64,000 bases of DNA from Phycisphaerae bacterium (GTDB lineage: Bacteria; Planctomycetota; Phycisphaerae; UBA1845). Positions 60,368-64,000 of this stretch are shown here, piece by piece. The notes under the pieces are model-generated. The model was not told the origin of the DNA. It did no database searches and was given only the letters and a program-made list of their open reading frames with translations. The stretch spans positions 832,001 through 896,000 of the forward strand of contig CAXXGO010000001.1 in NCBI GenBank assembly GCA_963666835.2, in the 5' to 3' direction. The position numbers and the translations under genes were made by a program. Positions within the stretch are counted from its first letter, which is position 1. Each line of letters begins with the position of its first letter.

Positions 60368-62839
60368 CTAGTCGGTATTTCGTTCGTAGAAACGCAGAGG
60401 CGCATTGGACATCTCGTCCTGCGTTGTGTAGATCCCCTCCCCTTTATGATCCCAGCAGATTGCTTCACCCGCGCCGTCTGACTGTATTTGCAGTGTGCAA
60501 TACGCTTCGTCGAAGGCGTTCGCCAGATCAGTACCTGATGGTCGGTACCAGATTGCTGCCGACGGTGTTTCCCAACTGTATTGGCGGATTGCGACCATAC
60601 TGCCATCGGGTGACACATCGCCACCCGTTGGTCCACCATTCCAACTGCCCGGCGTACCGTCGAACTCCGAAGGCAAGTCCGTTACCCATTCAAGCGTCGT
60701 TGTGGAAGAGGTCGACTGCGGATAGACCGCACGATAGACCTTATTGGGAACGGCACGCTTTGTTACCACGTAGATGTCGCCGTTGACCGGATCCACAAAG
60801 AACGTCTCGGCGTCTTTCTCCGAGGGTGCGTAGGTCCCTGTAGGATATCGGAGGGTGATCAGTTCGACATCTTGCATCGTGTCGCTGACGGGATCTTGAT
60901 TCGGATCTACGGCAGGTTCGGGCGCACGCCTCACGACGATATTCGAACGGACGTTTCCGTTATCGCCGATGTCACCCCAATAGAGATAATCAACGCCCGG
61001 TTCGGGTCCGGGGCCGATCGAAATATCCTCGGTGTCCCACACCGATCCGGACCCGAAGGTGAAGGTGCCTACCAGGGCACCGGCGGTTGTGATTGCATAA
61101 ACGACGTTACCGCCACCAGAGTCATTGTGTGTCCACAGGACCCCGGGATTCTGTCGACTCGCAGCAAGCCCGGAGGCCTCCGTGATCGCTCCCGACGCGA
61201 TCGATCCGGTCTGCTGAGGCGGTAGAAACGGCGCGATGCCTCCCGCGCACACAATCCCCTCGCACACATCAGATTCGTCGTTGCATTGTTCATAGGCTGA
61301 GCACGGGGCTGTGCCACTCATGCACGTACCGTCTTCACACGTTTCGGACCCGTTGCAGAAGAGCCCGTCAGAGCAGTCGCCGTTAACCAGGCACGCGACG
61401 CATGCATCATCAGTTTCGTCACACAGTTGTCCCGGACACGGGTCGCCGCCGGCTTGGCAATTGCCGTCCGTGTCGCAGGTCTCGGACCCATTGCAGTAGA
61501 CCCCGTCGGAGCAATCGCCGTCAGCAAGGCAGGTGACACACGTGTCGGTGGTTTCATTGCACATCTGGCCCGAACACGGGTCGCTGCCGGCCTGACAGTT
61601 ACCATCGGTGTCGCAGGTTTCGGACCCGTTGCAGAAGAGTCCGTCAGAGCAGTCGCCGTCTACCAGGCATGTGACGCAAGCGGCGTCGGTTTCGTCGCAC
61701 AGTTGTCCCGGACAGGGATCGCTACCGGCTTGGCAATTGCCGTTTGTGTCGCAGGTCTCGAACCCATTGCAGAAGACACCGTCGGAACAATCGCTGTCTG
61801 CCAGGCATGAGACGCATACATCATCAGTTTCGTCGCACAGTTGTCCCGGACAGGGGTCCCCACCGGCGAGACAAACGCCGCCCGAGCATGTTTCGCTTCC
61901 GTTGCAGTAGGCGCCATCGTCGCAGTCTTCGTCTGCCGTGCAACTAGGGTCCGGCGGGACTACCGGAGGAGTGCTGACCGTATTGGATGGTGGCTCCGGT
62001 GTATTGCTTTGCACGATGATCGCTACCTCGTCAGACGATGACATCTCGTCCTCTTCGACAGTCAGCTCAAAGACCAGCGACTCTCCGGCCTCGCTCGCCG
62101 ACGCCACGAAAGACACCGTTTCTTGGTCATAAGCGCTGAGCTCGACAGGCGGGCCGGATAGCTGCGTCCACAAGAAGGAAAGCATCTCTTTCGAGAGCCC
62201 GGAGCTGGCCGAACCACTGAGTGTCACGGTCTCGCCGACTTCAACCGTCTGATCGGCGCCGGCGTCGGCCGTTGGGCCGGCGGAGGCTATTGACAGGTCC
62301 TCAATGTAGACTGAGACCTGTGTGCGGTCCTCGCTCAGGCCGTCCGTTACAATGAGCACGAACTCGAGCAGCACATCGCCGTCCACGTCCGGAACCACGA
62401 ACTCGGCGACAGGTTCGTTTGCACCTTCAAGCGTAAGTTCCGGTTCCTCATTCAAGTAGATCCACTTGTACTTGAGGGGGCTGTCGTTTGCGGCGACGCT
62501 TCCCGTTCCGTCGAGCTCGACGACGTCACCCGCCGCTGCGTATTGGTCCTTGCCGGCGTTGGCCACGGGGGGGCTGTACACTGGCTCGGGTGACACGTTA
62601 TCGGGAGAATCCGGATCGGTTGGTTCAACCTCTGCGGGCAGGATGGGATCTTCGGAGACTTCCGGCTGATCACCTTGGTCCTCGACGATCGTGGCGGGCA
62701 GCGTTTCAGTATCCTGTTGGTTCTCGGACAGAGGTGGGTTACCACAACCGTACAGCGCGATGAGAACCGTGGAAATCACGAAGACGAGCGAGGGCGCGGC
62801 GTTTCTGACCTGACGACTGACGATCAGCTTAGTATTCAC
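60368..62839 (-). CDS. Lipoprotein with PKD-like domains, Cys-rich tandem repeats and a C-terminal beta-propeller
   Basis: Lipobox LYGC; two (P)VANAG.DQ/ADAG.DQ PKD-like domains; five Cys repeats; EASGL..S..NPG.LWTHNDSG domain. Confidence 0.85.
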   Translation of the reverse strand: MNTKLIVSRQVRNAAPSLVFVISTVLIALYGCGNPPLSENQQDTETLPATIVEDQGDQPEVSEDPILPAEVEPTDPDSPDNVSPEPVYSPPVANAGKDQYAAAGDVVELDGTGSVAANDSPLKYKWIYLNEEPELTLEGANEPVAEFVVPDVDGDVLLEFVLIVTDGLSEDRTQVSVYIEDLSIASAGPTADAGADQTVEVGETVTLSGSASSGLSKEMLSFLWTQLSGPPVELSAYDQETVSFVASASEAGESLVFELTVEEDEMSSSDEVAIIVQSNTPEPPSNTVSTPPVVPPDPSCTADEDCDDGAYCNGSETCSGGVCLAGGDPCPGQLCDETDDVCVSCLADSDCSDGVFCNGFETCDTNGNCQAGSDPCPGQLCDETDAACVTCLVDGDCSDGLFCNGSETCDTDGNCQAGSDPCSGQMCNETTDTCVTCLADGDCSDGVYCNGSETCDTDGNCQAGGDPCPGQLCDETDDACVACLVNGDCSDGLFCNGSETCEDGTCMSGTAPCSAYEQCNDESDVCEGIVCAGGIAPFLPPQQTGSIASGAITEASGLAASRQNPGVLWTHNDSGGGNVVYAITTAGALVGTFTFGSGSVWDTEDISIGPGPEPGVDYLYWGDIGDNGNVRSNIVVRRAPEPAVDPNQDPVSDTMQDVELITLRYPTGTYAPSEKDAETFFVDPVNGDIYVVTKRAVPNKVYRAVYPQSTSSTTTLEWVTDLPSEFDGTPGSWNGGPTGGDVSPDGSMVAIRQYSWETPSAAIWYRPSGTDLANAFDEAYCTLQIQSDGAGEAICWDHKGEGIYTTQDEMSNAPLRFYERNTD
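61259..61945 (-). repeat. Five intragenic tandem repeats of ~138 bp (46 aa)
   Basis: C..D.DCSDG..CNG.ETC...G.C.AG.DPC.GQ.C.ET.D.CV x5. Confidence 0.9.
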
Positions 62840-63807
62840 TTTCTGACCCCTTCGAGAGCTGGTGACGGTCCGGAAAAGGGCCAAGACTGCCTCCGAAGGG
62901 CCGGTCGAACCCGTTTCTGAATCCTGGCGCGACAGCGAAGCGCACGCATCTGTACCTCACGCGCCAACCTAACCATAGAATACGATGGCCAGGAGGGCAT
63001 GAGCCACTTGGGGGGATTGCGTAATATAGACAAAACAAGCTCATTTGCTGTGGTATAAACGACCTATATTGCTGCCCGGGCCCACAATATCGGAATGCCG
63101 AACCTCGCCGCGCATCGGGTCTGTCCGCCCCAACCATGCATTAGCGGATCCGCCTCGCGAACCCTTTCAGCTTAAGACCACCGGGGTAACCTCGGAAGTG
63201 TTAAAGGACGCTTTCTTGGGAGAACTCATATCAGGGTGTTTGGTCGGGGCTCAAAGAGCTGCTTCCGATAAGCTGAGGCCCTTGACGAAGGCCAGCCCAG
63301 ATTGTTCTCGGACGGGGGTCGTTCACGGATGTTGTCCGCGGGGCCAGTGCATGCACGTTCGGGCATGCTTAGTGGGTGGAAAGTGTGGATCGAAGTTGGC
63401 GATGCGTCTTTGCGCAAAAGGAGCTTACGACCAACACGTCAGTCTGTGCATGAATTCCTGGAAGAACCGAAGATCGGGTCGGGGCGAATGTTATGGATTG
63501 AATTAAACCGGCTGAGAGGTTAAGATGCGGGGTCGAGCCCCGGGGGATCCAGCAGTAAGCGAATTCCGAATGTGGTTTTCGGGGCATACTCGTTGTGGGT
63601 GGTTGCGGTGTTGCTTGTGGTCGCGATCCACTATGAGAATAGCGCAAGGAGGTGCAAACGACGCGCTGCGGGGGCTGTTCCGGCTGCGTATGCGTTCAGC
63701 ATAAGCTCAGCATAGGAAGTCTACGTATGAGTGCTGGGGCACGAGAGGGCGATGGAGAACCTGCGCGTGCAATTGAGGTTCTATATAGGTCGCCAAGGGA
63801 GCTCCAG

Positions 63808-64000
63808 ATGTTCCGATTGTCTGCAGCGGCAGTGGGTGTTGTTGTTCTGGCGTGCTTCGGCGTGGTGAGCTTCGGTCAGACGATTGTGATCAACGAAGTT
63901 CACTATCACCCGGCGAACGGAGCTGTGGGTGCGGGGGAGGATCCGGAAGATCTCCAGTTTGTCGAACTTCACAACGGGGGGACGGCGAGCGTTGATCTGT
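63808..64000 (+). CDS. Secreted lamin tail domain protein (3' partial)
   Basis: MFRLSAAAVGVVVLACFGVVSFGQTIVINEVHYHP...QFVELHNGGTASVDL. GGGAG RBS. Confidence 0.8.
   Translation, partial: MFRLSAAAVGVVVLACFGVVSFGQTIVINEVHYHPANGAVGAGEDPEDLQFVELHNGGTASVDL

Noticed and set aside
61259..61945. Regularly spaced repeats as a CRISPR array
   Set aside because: They are in-frame 138-bp coding repeats without unique spacers, and there are no cas genes.
62890..63800. Short ORFs or ncRNA in the 0.9-kb divergent intergenic region
   Set aside because: No recognisable protein motif or convincing structure; most likely promoter DNA.

Overview
GC-rich bacterial window. Gene content (dockerin-like and DCNxNGxPDEC-tagged secreted proteins, an ECF sigma/Ser-Thr kinase pair, a Bat operon) points to a planctomycete, probably Phycisphaerae; this is an inference. 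Positions 1-35.7 kb are core-like: batA-E, an FGE-domain protein, a hydroxyacid dehydrogenase, an inositol monophosphatase, P5C dehydrogenase, MgtC, an S8 protease, a GGQ release-factor homologue, two FG-GAP proteins, a methyltransferase/AsnB/GT2 cluster, TetR plus an RND pump, a spermidine-synthase-like membrane protein and a methyltransferase. An initiator tRNA-Met (35687-35759) starts an accessory region that runs to the window end. It holds two near-identical 1324-bp rve-transposase elements in direct orientation, a third rve element, a complete IS66 with an 8-bp TSD, and a partial tRNA-Met duplicate with att-like repeats near 48.4 kb. Its cargo includes a secreted C11/C10 protease plus fibre-like operon opposite an ECF-STK pair, and large Cys-rich surface proteins. 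The most striking observation is a bacterial lipoprotein with the Cys-rich plus lipocalin architecture of plant/algal violaxanthin de-epoxidase, next to a SOUL heme-binding lipoprotein. Also notable are a ~200-aa C-terminal domain shared by unrelated secreted proteins and a recurring 28-29 bp recombinase-site-like motif at element ends. All family assignments are from motif recognition by eye; no searches were run.
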